Below, in pieces: positions 30,377 to 40,990 of a stretch of DNA of 58,221 nucleotides. Numbering within the stretch: the stretch's first letter is position 1; each line of letters opens with the position of its first letter. Source of the stretch: Limisphaerales bacterium. Lineage in GTDB: Bacteria; Verrucomicrobiota; Verrucomicrobiia; Limisphaerales; UBA11358. The stretch spans positions 1-58,221 of the forward strand of contig JANYFN010000224.1 in assembly GCA_025362675.1 (NCBI GenBank), read 5' to 3'. Position numbers and translations under genes: made by a program. The notes under the pieces were generated by a model. The model was not told where the DNA came from and ran no database searches. It saw only the letters and a list, made by a program, of their open reading frames with translations.

Positions 30377-31999
30377 ATGATTAAAAAAAAATTTACACTC
30401 AAGCCGGGCAGTGATGATTTCATTCGCCGCGGGAAACGTCGCGGGCTGATCTCAATTATTTTCTGCGCCTTGCTTTTGACCTCGCTCGGAACGCAAGCCG
30501 CGAACCGGCCCAACATTTTATTCATTCTCGTGGATGATTACGGCATCAAGGACGTGGGCGTGGAAGGCAGTAAGTTTTACGAGACGCCCAACATTGATTC
30601 GCTCGCTCGCAGCGGAATGCGTTTCACGCAAGGCTACGCCGCCTGCTCCGTTTGCAGCCCCTCGCGCGCGAGTATTTTGCTTGGCCAATATCCCACCCGC
30701 CACGGCATCACAGATTGGGTTGGTGCCGAGGCGGGGAAAAACTTTGCGCTGGAACACCGCGCCAAATTGCTCGTGCCGGATTACGTGCATCAACTGCCGG
30801 CCGATGAAACTACGTTGGCGGCAGCACTCAAGAATGTGGGCTACAAAACTTTTTTCGCTGGCAAATGGCATCTTGGTGACAAAGGCGCGTGGCCCGAGAA
30901 TCGTGGGTTCGACATCAATAAGGGCGGCTGGGAAGCGGGCAGCCCAGAGGGTGGATATTACGCGCCGTGGATCAATCCAAACCTTCCCAGTGGCCCGCGC
31001 GGTCAATCACTGACGCAACGTCTCGCTGATGAAACGATTTCCTTCATTGAGAAAAATACCAACGGCCCTTTCCTCGCCTACCTCTCGTTCTACGCCGTGC
31101 ATGGCCCGATTCAAACCACGAAACCGCTCTGGGAAAAATATCGCGCCAAGGCTGCCGCCCAACCGCAGCCAAAGAATCGTTTTGAAATCGATCGCACCCT
31201 GCCCGTCCGCATCGTGCAGGACAATCCGATTTACGCCGGGCTGATTGATGAAATGGATAACGCCGTGGGCCGCGTTTTGAAAAAAATTGACGATCTCGGT
31301 TTGACCACCAACACCATGATCGTTTTCACCAGCGACAACGGCGGCGTGATTTCCGGCGACAGTTTTAGTTCTTCGCAACTTCCGTATCGCGGCGGCAAAG
31401 GTCGCCAGTGGGAAGGCGGCACGCGCGTGCCAGTTTATATTCGCGCGCCGGGCATCACGGCTTCTGGCAGCGTTTGTGAAACACCGGTGAGCGGCATTGA
31501 TTTTTTCCCGACGCTGCTGGAACTCGCCGGTGTGAAATCCAAACCGAAGCAGACCCTTGATGGTGTGAGCCTGGTGCCGCTGCTCAAGGGCGAGAAACTC
31601 CCGCCGCGTCCGCTCTTCTGGCATTACCCGCATTACGGCAATCAGGGCGGCGAACCTTCGTCCATCATCCGCTCGGGCGATTGGAAACTCATCCACTATT
31701 GGGAAGACGGACACAATGAACTTTATAATCTGGCCGCCGACATTGGTGAACAACACGATCTGTCCGCGATGGAAATAATACGCGCTGCCGACTTGTGGTC
31801 ACAGTTGCAAGCGTGGCTGAAATCAACCGGCGCAAAATTGCCGCAGCCAAATCCCGATTACAAGCCAGAGTGGGCGGAGCAGCAACGCAAAGCCGCATTG
31901 AAACAAAAAGAAAATCTTGAAAAGCAACACGCGCAATTCCTGAATCCAAAGTGGCAGCCCGATCCGACATGGTGGAAGAGCCAGCAAACGCCGGACTGA
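30377..31999 (+). CDS. Sulfatase (S1, Cys-type)
   Basis: PNILFILVDD, CSPSR, GKWHLG, TSDNGG, FWHYPHY. Confidence 0.92.
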   Translation: MIKKKFTLKPGSDDFIRRGKRRGLISIIFCALLLTSLGTQAANRPNILFILVDDYGIKDVGVEGSKFYETPNIDSLARSGMRFTQGYAACSVCSPSRASILLGQYPTRHGITDWVGAEAGKNFALEHRAKLLVPDYVHQLPADETTLAAALKNVGYKTFFAGKWHLGDKGAWPENRGFDINKGGWEAGSPEGGYYAPWINPNLPSGPRGQSLTQRLADETISFIEKNTNGPFLAYLSFYAVHGPIQTTKPLWEKYRAKAAAQPQPKNRFEIDRTLPVRIVQDNPIYAGLIDEMDNAVGRVLKKIDDLGLTTNTMIVFTSDNGGVISGDSFSSSQLPYRGGKGRQWEGGTRVPVYIRAPGITASGSVCETPVSGIDFFPTLLELAGVKSKPKQTLDGVSLVPLLKGEKLPPRPLFWHYPHYGNQGGEPSSIIRSGDWKLIHYWEDGHNELYNLAADIGEQHDLSAMEIIRAADLWSQLQAWLKSTGAKLPQPNPDYKPEWAEQQRKAALKQKENLEKQHAQFLNPKWQPDPTWWKSQQTPD

Positions 32000-32021
32000 T
32001 GGCCGCAACAGGTCTATCGAA

Positions 32022-32711
32022 ATGAAAAATCTAAAACAATTATTCGTTTGCTTGCTGGCGTTCACGGCTTGGTCGGTGGCGAGTGCGACGGAACAAAAAA
32101 TTTACCACATTCTGCCGGTGGGCGATTCCATTACTGAAGGCGGGGGGAACTTTTCTAATTATCGCTACCCGCTTTTGAAAAAATTGACGGCGGCGGGCTA
32201 CCGGGTCGAGTTCACCGGCTCACGCACGAGCGCGTCGCCGGTCGGTCCACTGCGTCACGAAGGTTACGGCGGAAAAAACGCGGAGTTTCTAGCGGGTGTT
32301 TTGGAGAACTATTTCCGCACGAACTCGGCGGACATCGTGTTGATTCATTCCGGACACAATCACACGAACACGGAAGCTCCGGTGCGCGGCATCGTTGCGG
32401 CCACCGAGGCGTTGATTCGCACGGCGCGCAATGCGAATCCGCACGTCATCGTATTGGTGGCACAGGTAATCCCGAGCGGCAAGTTGCCAAAATATGAATA
32501 CATCCCGGAATTGAATGTGGAACTCGCCAAACTCCCCGCGCGATTGACAACACAGGAATCGCCGGTCATTGGCGTGAACATGGCGGACGGTTTTAATTGG
32601 CAGACGGATACGATTAGTGACCACGTTCACCCGAATTCGCTCGGCGCAGAAAAGATGGCAGCGAAGTGGTTTGCAGCGTTGACGAATGCGCTCGCCGCGC
32701 CGCATAGCTGA
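32022..32711 (+). CDS. SGNH/GDSL hydrolase (probable carbohydrate esterase)
   Basis: LPVGDSIT, HEGYGG, GHN, DHVHP; signal peptide. Confidence 0.85.
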   Translation: MKNLKQLFVCLLAFTAWSVASATEQKIYHILPVGDSITEGGGNFSNYRYPLLKKLTAAGYRVEFTGSRTSASPVGPLRHEGYGGKNAEFLAGVLENYFRTNSADIVLIHSGHNHTNTEAPVRGIVAATEALIRTARNANPHVIVLVAQVIPSGKLPKYEYIPELNVELAKLPARLTTQESPVIGVNMADGFNWQTDTISDHVHPNSLGAEKMAAKWFAALTNALAAPHS

Positions 32712-32754
32712 TTGGTGACACCAAAAAATTATTCTCAATAAATTTGCAAACAAT

Positions 32755-34677
32755 ATGAACCGCAGACAATTCATAGGCCGAGCCGGCAGCACCTTGTTGC
32801 TCTGCTTGGCAAGCCCGTCCGCCTTCGCCCAAGCCAAATCACAAACGAATGGCGAATTTATTTTTTTGGAGGCCGAACAGTTTGCCGATCTCGGCGGCTG
32901 GGATTTGGATCAGCAATCCATGGATCAGATGGGGTCGCCCTATCTGCTCGCGCATGGGCTGGGTATTCCGGTCAAGGATGCGGTGACGACGGTTAACTTT
33001 CCATCGCCTGGCAAATATCGCGTCTGGGTGCGCACGCGGGATTGGGTCGCACCGTGGAAAGCGCCGGGTGCGCCGGGAAAATTTCAATTACTGCTCGACG
33101 GCACGTCATTGCAGGAAACGTTCGGAACCAAGAGCGCCGTCTGGCACTGGCACGATGGCGGGGTTGTGAACGTCGGTGCAAAAGCGACGGTGGCTTTGCA
33201 CGACTTGACTGGCTTTGAAGGTCGCTGTGAAGCGATTCTCTTTTGTAAAGATACCGCTTTTGAGCCTACCAACGATTTGGCCGCGCTCACAAAATTCCGT
33301 CGTGCCCTCTTAGGTTTGCCAGAGCATCCGACCGAGGGTGGGGAGTTTGACTTGGTGGTGATCGGCGGCGGTTTGGCTGGCACCTGCGCCGCGCTCTCCG
33401 CAGCGCGTAATGGATTGCGCGTTGCGCTCGTTCAGGATCGTCCGGTGCTCGGCGGAAATTGCAGTTCGGAAGTGCGGGTTTGGGCGGAAGGCCACACGAA
33501 GCAGCAGCCGTATCCGCACATCGGCGAGATCGTGGATGAAATCTGTCCGCAAAATCCGCCGCCGGGAAATAAAAATGCGAAGGGCTATGATCTTTATGAT
33601 GATGCCCGCAAAACCACAACGGTGCTCGCCGAAGCCCGCATTACCTTGCTGGCCGAGCAGCGTGCCGTTGCCGTGGAAATGACGGGACGTCGTATCTACG
33701 CCGTGATCATCCAGCATATCCGCACCGCGCGACAGGTGCGCTTGCGGGCGAAATTTTTTGCCGATTGCACGGGCGACGCCACCATTGGTTTTCTCGCCGG
33801 GGCGGATTTTGAAATGTCCCGCGCCGGAAAAATGGGCACCAGCAATCTCTGGAATGTGCTCGATGCCGACGATGAGAAGCAGGTGCTCCAATGCGAGTGC
33901 AAAGACAAGGACGCGTTGTCGATGTGTCTCATCACGCACAAAGTTGAGCAACCGTTTCCGCGCTGCCCGTGGGCGCTGGACTTGACGGACAAACCGTTTC
34001 CCGGCCGCAAAAATGCGAAAGGCCAGTGGGTAGAAAAAAACGCTTTACCCAACCTTGGCGGATGGTTTTGGGAAAGCGGCTTTGACCAAGATCCCACGAC
34101 GGATATCGAACGCATCCGCGACTTAAATTTTCGCGCGATGTATGGCGCTTGGGATGCGCTGAAAAATGTGGATAAGCTTTACCCGAATCACCGTCTTGGC
34201 TGGGCGGCGTTCATCGCCGGCAAACGCGAATCACGTCGCCTGCTCGGCGACATCATCCTCACCGCGGATGATTTCCGGACGCAACGCAAGTTTCCCGATG
34301 GAGCGTTCCCGTGCTCGTGGCACATTGATCTTCATTCGCCCGACCCGAGATTTTCCAAAGGGCTGGACGACGAGGCATTTATCGCCCGTTCTTCGGAAGG
34401 AAAGAATTACTCATATCAAGGCCCCTACTGGGCTCCCTACCGCTGCCTTTACAGCCGCAATATTGGAAACCTTTTCATGGCGGGCCGTGATATCAGTGTC
34501 TCCAGCGATGGGCTTGGTCCGGTGCGCGTGATGCGAACCTGCGGCATGATGGGGGAAATTGTCGGCAAAGCTGTGGCTATTTGTGTGAGCCGTCAGACAA
34601 CCCCGCGCGGGGTATTCCAAGAACATTTTCCGGAGCTGGTAGAAAAAATGCACCAGCCCGGCCAGACTCGGATTTAA
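32755..34677 (+). CDS. Tat-exported FAD-dependent oxidoreductase (FAD_oxidored family)
   Basis: MNRRQF twin-Arg leader; DLVVIGGGLAG, LGGNCSSE, DCTGDA, GKRESRRL, NLFMAGR. Confidence 0.85.
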   Translation: MNRRQFIGRAGSTLLLCLASPSAFAQAKSQTNGEFIFLEAEQFADLGGWDLDQQSMDQMGSPYLLAHGLGIPVKDAVTTVNFPSPGKYRVWVRTRDWVAPWKAPGAPGKFQLLLDGTSLQETFGTKSAVWHWHDGGVVNVGAKATVALHDLTGFEGRCEAILFCKDTAFEPTNDLAALTKFRRALLGLPEHPTEGGEFDLVVIGGGLAGTCAALSAARNGLRVALVQDRPVLGGNCSSEVRVWAEGHTKQQPYPHIGEIVDEICPQNPPPGNKNAKGYDLYDDARKTTTVLAEARITLLAEQRAVAVEMTGRRIYAVIIQHIRTARQVRLRAKFFADCTGDATIGFLAGADFEMSRAGKMGTSNLWNVLDADDEKQVLQCECKDKDALSMCLITHKVEQPFPRCPWALDLTDKPFPGRKNAKGQWVEKNALPNLGGWFWESGFDQDPTTDIERIRDLNFRAMYGAWDALKNVDKLYPNHRLGWAAFIAGKRESRRLLGDIILTADDFRTQRKFPDGAFPCSWHIDLHSPDPRFSKGLDDEAFIARSSEGKNYSYQGPYWAPYRCLYSRNIGNLFMAGRDISVSSDGLGPVRVMRTCGMMGEIVGKAVAICVSRQTTPRGVFQEHFPELVEKMHQPGQTRI

Positions 34678-34698
34678 CCAAGACCAGATAAATTAAAA

Positions 34699-37600
34699 GT
34701 GAATACACAAAATCCATGGTCACAGAATGAAACCACTGGCAAGTCACGCCGGTATTTCCTAAAAACTTCAGCCGCGACCATGCTGGGACTAGCTTTCTCC
34801 CGACTGCCGGTGATGGCTGGGCCGTTCACGCGCGAGGATTTTGACCACCTCGTTCCCGCCGACAAAAAACTTTCGCCGGACTGGGTGAAATCTCTTTTCG
34901 AGCGCGGCACGCCGGAAGTGTTGCGTGGCGGCGAACTCGAATTTGTCGGGATGCCCGTCGGCGGCATCGGCGCAGGGCAGTTGTATCTTGGCGGCGACGG
35001 ACGGCTGTGGCATTGGGATATTTTCAACCAATTCATTTTCACCGGCGCAGAGCATTACGCCAAGCCGATGATTCCCACTTCGCCGCTCGTGCAAAAATTT
35101 TCACTGAAACTCGGCGACAAAATTATTTCGCTCGAACGTGACGGTTTCTCCGATGTGAGTTTTCGCGGCGAATATCCGATTGGCGTTGTGAGCTACGCCG
35201 CTGCGAACGTGCCGCTCGCCGTGAAGCTCGAGGCATTTTCACCGTTCATTCCACTGAACACAGATGACTCAAGTTTACCCGCAACCATTTTTCAATTCAC
35301 CGTGCGGAACACTTCTGCCTCGCCGTTGGAAACGACTTTGAACGGCGAACTTGAAAACGGCGTGTGCCTGCATCATCGCAACCATCGCGGAGTTTTGAAA
35401 AATAATTTCGTGAAAGCAAAGGGCGCAACCATGTTGGTTTGTTCAGCTGAAGCCGATGGCAAATCCACCCAGCCAGCGCGCCCGGAAATTATTTTTGAAG
35501 ATTGGAATCGCGCCAACTACGACGGTTGGAAAGTGGAAGGCACGGCGTTTGGCAAAGATGCAATTAAGAAATCCGAAATGCCATCTTATCAAGGTGACGT
35601 TGGCGGCGAAACAGCGCGCGTGGTGAATTCCCACGCCACCGCGCCTGGTGATTCCATCGGGGCGAAAGACGGCGCGACGGGCAAACTCATCAGCCGCCAG
35701 TTTGTCATCGAAAGAAATTTCATCGCGTTCTGGATCGGCGGCGGCAAGGCCGAGGGTGAAGACCGACTCGGCTTGTCGCTGATCGTGGATGGCAAGCGCG
35801 TCATCGCAGCTTCAGGACTGAATAAAAATGAGCTGACGTTGCAATACTTTGACGTTGCCGCCTACGCTGGAAAAACCGCGCACCTCGAAATCGTTGACGA
35901 CAAGGCCAGCCCTTGGGTCAACGTCGGCGTTGGCAAAATCACTTTCACCGATACACGCGGCAAGACCGAGCCGCTGGAAAAACTTTCCGACTTCGGCACG
36001 ATGGCGCTCGGGTTGCTGGGCGATGCAGACGAAACCAGCGGTGACAAATCCGCTGCGTTTAGTGAAAAAATCATCGGCTCGCTTGGCCGCAAGTTGACGC
36101 TCGCTGCGGGCGAATCGAAGACGGTGACCTTCGTGCTCGCGTGGTATTTTCCGAATCTTTCGATCAACAAATCGTTCACAGATTGCGGACGCTTTTACGC
36201 CACAAATTTTTCCTCGGCGCAGGTCGTCGCGGAATATGTCGTGGAAAATTTTTCGCGCCTCGAAGGCCAGACGAAGTTGTGGCGCGATACTTGGTATGAC
36301 TCCACCCTGCCATTTTGGTTTCTCGACCGGACGTTTTTGAACACGTCTATCCTCGCCACGTCCACCTGCTACCGGCTCGCGAACGGACGTTTTTATGGCT
36401 GGGAAGGCGTGGGCGACTGCGCGGGAACTTGCGGCCACGTTTATCTCTACGCGCAAGCCATCGCGCGGCTCTTTCCAGAGTTGGAACGCGACCTCCGGGA
36501 GCGCACGGATTTCGGGCTGGCGCAAATGCCCGACGGTGCAATTCATTTTCGCGGCGAGTTTAATAACATCCCGGCGGTGGACGCGCAGAGCGGTTATGTT
36601 CTGCGAGCATTGCGTGAACATCAGATGTCGGCGGACGATAAATTTCTGCGCCAGCTCTGGCCGAAAATAAAACTGGCGATGGAGTGGCTCATCAAAAAAG
36701 ACGGCAATGGTGACGGCCTCATCGAGAGCAACCAACACAACACGCTCGACACCGATTGGTTTGGAAAAGTTGCGTGGTTGAGCGGCCTCTATCTCGCGGC
36801 GTTGGCGGCGGCGACCCAGATGGCGGATGAAGTCGGCGACACCGAATTCGCCGCGCACTGCCGGAAAATTTTCAAGGCGGGTCAAAAAAATTTACCCGCC
36901 GAACTTTTCGACGGGGAATATTTCAGCAACAAGATTGACCTGAAACATCTCGACTCAATCAACTCCGGCACGGGCTGCGAGATTGATCAAGTGTTCGGCC
37001 AGAGTTGGGCGTTTCAAATCGGTTTGCCACGCGTGCTGCCGCCAAAGCAGACGGTGTCTGCGCTAAAATCTTTGTGGCGCTACAATTTTTCACCAGACGC
37101 GGGCGACTATCATAAAAAATTAGGGCCGGGCCGCTGGTATGCCATGCCGGGCGAGGCGGGCCTGCTGATGTGTTCGTTCCCGCGCAGCGACTGGGATTTC
37201 AAGCAAGCCAGCGGCAAAGGCAAGGCGAGTTGGGCGGCGGGTTATTTCAACGAATGCATGAACGGCTTTGAGCATCAGGTCGCCGGCCACATGATTTGGG
37301 AAGGAATGTTGCTGGAGGGTCTCGCCATCGAGCGCACCGTGCATGACCGCTACGGCGCAGCGCGGCGAAATCCGTGGAACGAGATCGAGTGCGGCGATCA
37401 TTACGCGCGCAGCATGGCGAGCTACGGCGTGTATCTCGCTGCGTGCGGTTTCGAAAATCACGGCCCAAAGCAGCACATCGGTTTCGCGCCGAAGTTGACG
37501 CCGGAGAATTTCAAGTGCGCGTTCACTAGCGCCGAGGGCTGGGGAAGTTTCGCGCAAAAGCTCGACGGCGGAAAACTGACGGCGGAGATTTCCGTGCGCT

Positions 37601-37779
37601 GGGGCAAGTTGAATTTGAAAACCATTACGCTGGCAAGCGACGCGCATTTGGCAAAAGTGTTGCACGCCGGACAACCGGTTACAGCGAGCGTGATGCGCGA
37701 GGGAAAACGCATTCTGATCACCATGGAAAATCCTGTTAAAATTTCTGCCGGAGAAAATTTGGAAATCACTCTCACCTAG
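34699..37779 (+). CDS. GH116-family glycoside hydrolase with inserted beta-sandwich domain, Tat leader
   Basis: SRRYFLK leader; GMPVGGIGAG, FSPFIP, GWEG, QHNTLD, NPWNEIECGDHYARSMAS. Confidence 0.82.
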   Translation: MNTQNPWSQNETTGKSRRYFLKTSAATMLGLAFSRLPVMAGPFTREDFDHLVPADKKLSPDWVKSLFERGTPEVLRGGELEFVGMPVGGIGAGQLYLGGDGRLWHWDIFNQFIFTGAEHYAKPMIPTSPLVQKFSLKLGDKIISLERDGFSDVSFRGEYPIGVVSYAAANVPLAVKLEAFSPFIPLNTDDSSLPATIFQFTVRNTSASPLETTLNGELENGVCLHHRNHRGVLKNNFVKAKGATMLVCSAEADGKSTQPARPEIIFEDWNRANYDGWKVEGTAFGKDAIKKSEMPSYQGDVGGETARVVNSHATAPGDSIGAKDGATGKLISRQFVIERNFIAFWIGGGKAEGEDRLGLSLIVDGKRVIAASGLNKNELTLQYFDVAAYAGKTAHLEIVDDKASPWVNVGVGKITFTDTRGKTEPLEKLSDFGTMALGLLGDADETSGDKSAAFSEKIIGSLGRKLTLAAGESKTVTFVLAWYFPNLSINKSFTDCGRFYATNFSSAQVVAEYVVENFSRLEGQTKLWRDTWYDSTLPFWFLDRTFLNTSILATSTCYRLANGRFYGWEGVGDCAGTCGHVYLYAQAIARLFPELERDLRERTDFGLAQMPDGAIHFRGEFNNIPAVDAQSGYVLRALREHQMSADDKFLRQLWPKIKLAMEWLIKKDGNGDGLIESNQHNTLDTDWFGKVAWLSGLYLAALAAATQMADEVGDTEFAAHCRKIFKAGQKNLPAELFDGEYFSNKIDLKHLDSINSGTGCEIDQVFGQSWAFQIGLPRVLPPKQTVSALKSLWRYNFSPDAGDYHKKLGPGRWYAMPGEAGLLMCSFPRSDWDFKQASGKGKASWAAGYFNECMNGFEHQVAGHMIWEGMLLEGLAIERTVHDRYGAARRNPWNEIECGDHYARSMASYGVYLAACGFENHGPKQHIGFAPKLTPENFKCAFTSAEGWGSFAQKLDGGKLTAEISVRWGKLNLKTITLASDAHLAKVLHAGQPVTASVMREGKRILITMENPVKISAGENLEITLT

Positions 37780-37803
37780 AACTTAAAAATACATTTACAA
37801 ATT

Positions 37804-39357
37804 ATGACTAAAACTGCGCTTAAATGTTGTCTGTTATCCATTGGAATAATTCTCGCGTTGGGTGGCTCGGCTCGCGCGAATGTAACGTTGCCCGGAATTT
37901 TCTCCGACCACATGGTGTTGCAAAAAAATGTTGCCGTGCCGGTCTGGGGGTGGGCCGACCCCGGCGAAAAAATCACCGTCACCATTGCGGGACAAACCCG
38001 GACGGCGACGGCGGATACTGCGGGCAATTGGAAACTCAAGCTCGGTAAACTTTCTGCCGACAGCCCGTTGACCATGACGGTCACAGGCCACAACACCATC
38101 GTCATTCAGGACGTGTTGGTGGGGGAAGTCTGGCTGGCTTCGGGACAATCCAACATGCAGTTGTCCGTAAACGATGTGACGAACGCGTGGCAGGAAAAAG
38201 CGTCGGCAAAATTTCCGCAGATTCGAATGTTCACCGTGGGACGCGTTCCCGCTACCACACCGCAGACAAACTGCGGAGGCAAGTGGTTGGTCTGCGCTCC
38301 TGAAACCGTCGGCGGTTTCTCGGCGGCGGCCTATTTCTTTGGTCGGGAGCTACACCAAAAACTAACCGTGCCGGTGGGCTTGATTCATTCTTCGTGGGGC
38401 GGCACGCCCATCGAGACTTGGACAAGTATGCCGAAAATGGAAGCCAAGCCGGAATTGGCACCGGTGTTAAAAAATTGGCAAGCCACGCTGTATCCGTATG
38501 ACGAAGAAAAGGCGCAGGCACAATATGTTCAAATGCTAGAAAACTGGACGAACAACGCGGCAAAGCTAAAAGCGGACGGAAAAACCGTTCCGCCCCGGCC
38601 ACAAAAAAAAGGTGATCCGCGGCTCGACAAAAATTATCCCGCGAATCTTTTCAACGGCATGATTGCGCCCATCATCCCTTACGCGATTCGCGGCGCGATT
38701 TGGTATCAGGGCGAAAATAATGCCGCGAACGACTTGGCTAAACTCTATTCCATCCAGCTACAAAGCATGATTCAAGATTGGCGGCAACGCTGGGACGAAG
38801 GTGATTTTCCGTTCGCTTGGGTGCAATTGCCGAACTTTCATCCGCGAACTAAAAATCCGGTTGAAACCAATTACAACAACTGGTGCGTTGTTCGCGAAGA
38901 GATGCTAAAAACGCTCGCCGTAAAAAATACCGGCATGGCGATCACGGTTGATGTGGGCGAGGCAAATAATATTCATCCAAAAAACAAACAGGCGGTTGGT
39001 TACCGACTGGCGTTGTGGGCGCTTGCCAAAGTGTATGGCAAGGATATTCCCTACTCCGGTCCGCTGCCTGACGGACAAAAAATCAAAGGCGACAAAATTA
39101 TTTTGTCGTTCAGGCACACCGACGGCGGATTAGTTACCAAAGCTGGAGACTTGAAAGGTTTTGCCATTGCGGGCGAAGATCATCATTGGATTGCGGCCAA
39201 CGCTCGCATAGAGGGCAAGAAGGTCATCGTCTCCAGCCCGGAAGTGAAATCACCAGCGGCGGTGCGCTACGCTTGGGCGGCCAATCCCGACTGCAATCTT
39301 TTCAACGGTGCGGGTCTGCCCGCCTCGCCTTTCCGAACCGATGGCTGGGAGCGATAG
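37804..39357 (+). CDS. Sialate O-acetylesterase-like (SASA) carbohydrate esterase
   Basis: FSDHMVLQ, GEVWLASGQSNM, WGGT, WYQGE, IHPKNK, PASPFRTD. Confidence 0.9.
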   Translation: MTKTALKCCLLSIGIILALGGSARANVTLPGIFSDHMVLQKNVAVPVWGWADPGEKITVTIAGQTRTATADTAGNWKLKLGKLSADSPLTMTVTGHNTIVIQDVLVGEVWLASGQSNMQLSVNDVTNAWQEKASAKFPQIRMFTVGRVPATTPQTNCGGKWLVCAPETVGGFSAAAYFFGRELHQKLTVPVGLIHSSWGGTPIETWTSMPKMEAKPELAPVLKNWQATLYPYDEEKAQAQYVQMLENWTNNAAKLKADGKTVPPRPQKKGDPRLDKNYPANLFNGMIAPIIPYAIRGAIWYQGENNAANDLAKLYSIQLQSMIQDWRQRWDEGDFPFAWVQLPNFHPRTKNPVETNYNNWCVVREEMLKTLAVKNTGMAITVDVGEANNIHPKNKQAVGYRLALWALAKVYGKDIPYSGPLPDGQKIKGDKIILSFRHTDGGLVTKAGDLKGFAIAGEDHHWIAANARIEGKKVIVSSPEVKSPAAVRYAWAANPDCNLFNGAGLPASPFRTDGWER

Positions 39358-39449
39358 GCACGATGCTAAAATCCGAAATAGAATTCGGATGATTGGATGT
39401 GATTGCATCTTGATAGAGCCATAACGTTGGGTAGCGGTATTTATGCTCA

Positions 39450-39465
39450 CCACGAATTCTCGTGA
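39450..39465. promoter_or_regulatory. 7-2-7 operator, site E (CCACGAATTCTCGTGA)
   Basis: Plus strand: site-TTGTGC-N16-CAAAAT; ATG 42 nt after the site end. Confidence 0.7.
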
Positions 39466-39506
39466 TTGTGCAATTTTTGAACCATTGCAAAATATGGATC
39501 CTCCGA

Positions 39507-40319
39507 ATGAAAAAAATTGCCATTGCCCACAGCCGTCATGGCTCCAGTGCTGCCTTCACGCTCATTGAGCTGCTGGTAGTCATTGCCATCATCGCTATCC
39601 TTGCGGCCATGCTGCTGCCTGCGCTGGCCAAGGCAAAGGAGAAAGCTAAGACCATCTCCTGTCTGAACAATCTCAAGCAGATTGGTCTTTTTCTGCAACT
39701 CTACACCGACGATAGCAGTGATGTTTTTCCAGCCTGTCGCAAACAAGATTCGACGCTGCCGACGATGGATGATTGGTGGGGTAATTATTTAGGCAAGTAT
39801 TCGGCGGGAAATTCAAATCTCTTTCACTGTCCCGTGCTAACGGATACTCGTAATCAATATACCGCCAATTTCAAATGGAGTTGGACGGGCGTTGCCAACC
39901 CCGGCGATCGAATCGGTTATTCGGCGAATGTTTTTTTCTTGTTCTACCCGGCCCCGGTAATTCAACCGCAAGTAACGGTTACCGTCGGCGGGGTATCTTA
40001 TACGACTCAATATAAATTCAAGAGAACGGCGATTCAGCGCCCTTGTGACTGCTTAGTTATTGGTGACGCTGAAGGTTGGTGGAGCATGAGTTCTTACTGG
40101 CCGAACGGAGTGATGGATGGGTCTAATCCGCTTTACGAAGGCATTGCCTGCCGACATGGTGGCTTTGGGAGTAAAGGTATCAATGGCGGTCAGGGCGTAG
40201 TGGTTTTTGCTGATAGTCACTCCGAAGCGCGTAAAGATGCGAACATCAACCCACAGACCGGCAATAAGCTGAAAAACTCAAGATACTGGGATCCGCTCCT
40301 GCGCGCCGGCGATCAATAA
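39507..40319 (+). CDS. Prepilin-type N-terminal cleavage/methylation protein (DUF1559-like)
   Basis: ATG 39507 [25 protein letters not shown]; CLNNLKQ; FHCP; RH...VFADSH. Confidence 0.9.
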   Translation: MKKIAIAHSRHGSSAAFTLIELLVVIAIIAILAAMLLPALAKAKEKAKTISCLNNLKQIGLFLQLYTDDSSDVFPACRKQDSTLPTMDDWWGNYLGKYSAGNSNLFHCPVLTDTRNQYTANFKWSWTGVANPGDRIGYSANVFFLFYPAPVIQPQVTVTVGGVSYTTQYKFKRTAIQRPCDCLVIGDAEGWWSMSSYWPNGVMDGSNPLYEGIACRHGGFGSKGINGGQGVVVFADSHSEARKDANINPQTGNKLKNSRYWDPLLRAGDQ

Positions 40320-40334
40320 AATTTACCCACTTCC

Positions 40335-40868
40335 ATGAAAACTAAAATCATCACCACTTGCCTACTCTTGTCGCTTATGACTTCAGCGCTATCCGCCGCC
40401 GATAACTGGCGGGAAAAATTGCAGCAAGAATTGCCGCTGCTCGGCCATCGCAACTGGATTGTCGTCGCCGACGCGGCATATCCGTGGCAAACCGCACCGG
40501 GCATCGAGACGATTTACGTCACGGCCGACCAGCTTGAAGTCGTCAAAGGCGTCATCGCGGAACTCGCCAAGACCAAGCATGTCAAGCCGACGATTTATAC
40601 TGACGCCGAGATGAAATTCGTTGCCGAGAAAAACTCACCTGGCATCGGCGCCTATCGTGATGGTTTGCAAAAAATTCTAACAAACCAGCCAGCGAAAGTT
40701 TTGCCGCACGAACAGATCATCGGCAAGCTGGATGAAGCAGGTAAGACGTTCAAGGTGCTGCTCATCAAGACGTCGCTAACCAAGCCCTACACCTCGGTTT
40801 TCTTCCAGTTAGAATGCGGTTATTGGAATGCCGATTCGGAAGCTGAATTGCGCCGGGCAATGAAGTGA
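40335..40868 (+). CDS. RbsD/FucU-like protein (putative sugar mutarotase) with signal peptide
   Basis: LGHRNWIVVADAAYP resembles the RbsD/FucU GHxDxIxIADAxxP motif; C-terminal IKTSLTKPY. Leader MKTKIITTCLLLSLMTSALSA. Confidence 0.6.
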   Translation: MKTKIITTCLLLSLMTSALSAADNWREKLQQELPLLGHRNWIVVADAAYPWQTAPGIETIYVTADQLEVVKGVIAELAKTKHVKPTIYTDAEMKFVAEKNSPGIGAYRDGLQKILTNQPAKVLPHEQIIGKLDEAGKTFKVLLIKTSLTKPYTSVFFQLECGYWNADSEAELRRAMK

Positions 40869-40967
40869 CACAAATTATCGGAATAATTAAGCCTTTATGA
40901 TATCTCGCCATAGCCCGCTATTGCCTTTGTTAGTGATGGTTTGCGGGACGGCGCAGGCAGCCTGCAA

Positions 40968-40990
40968 GAGACACTAGGGTTAGCTGTCTC
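40968..40990 (+). other. Small stem-loop with GGGT loop
   Basis: GAGACA-CTA-GGGT-TAG-C-TGTCTC, preceded by GCAGG-cag-CCTGC. Confidence 0.35.
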
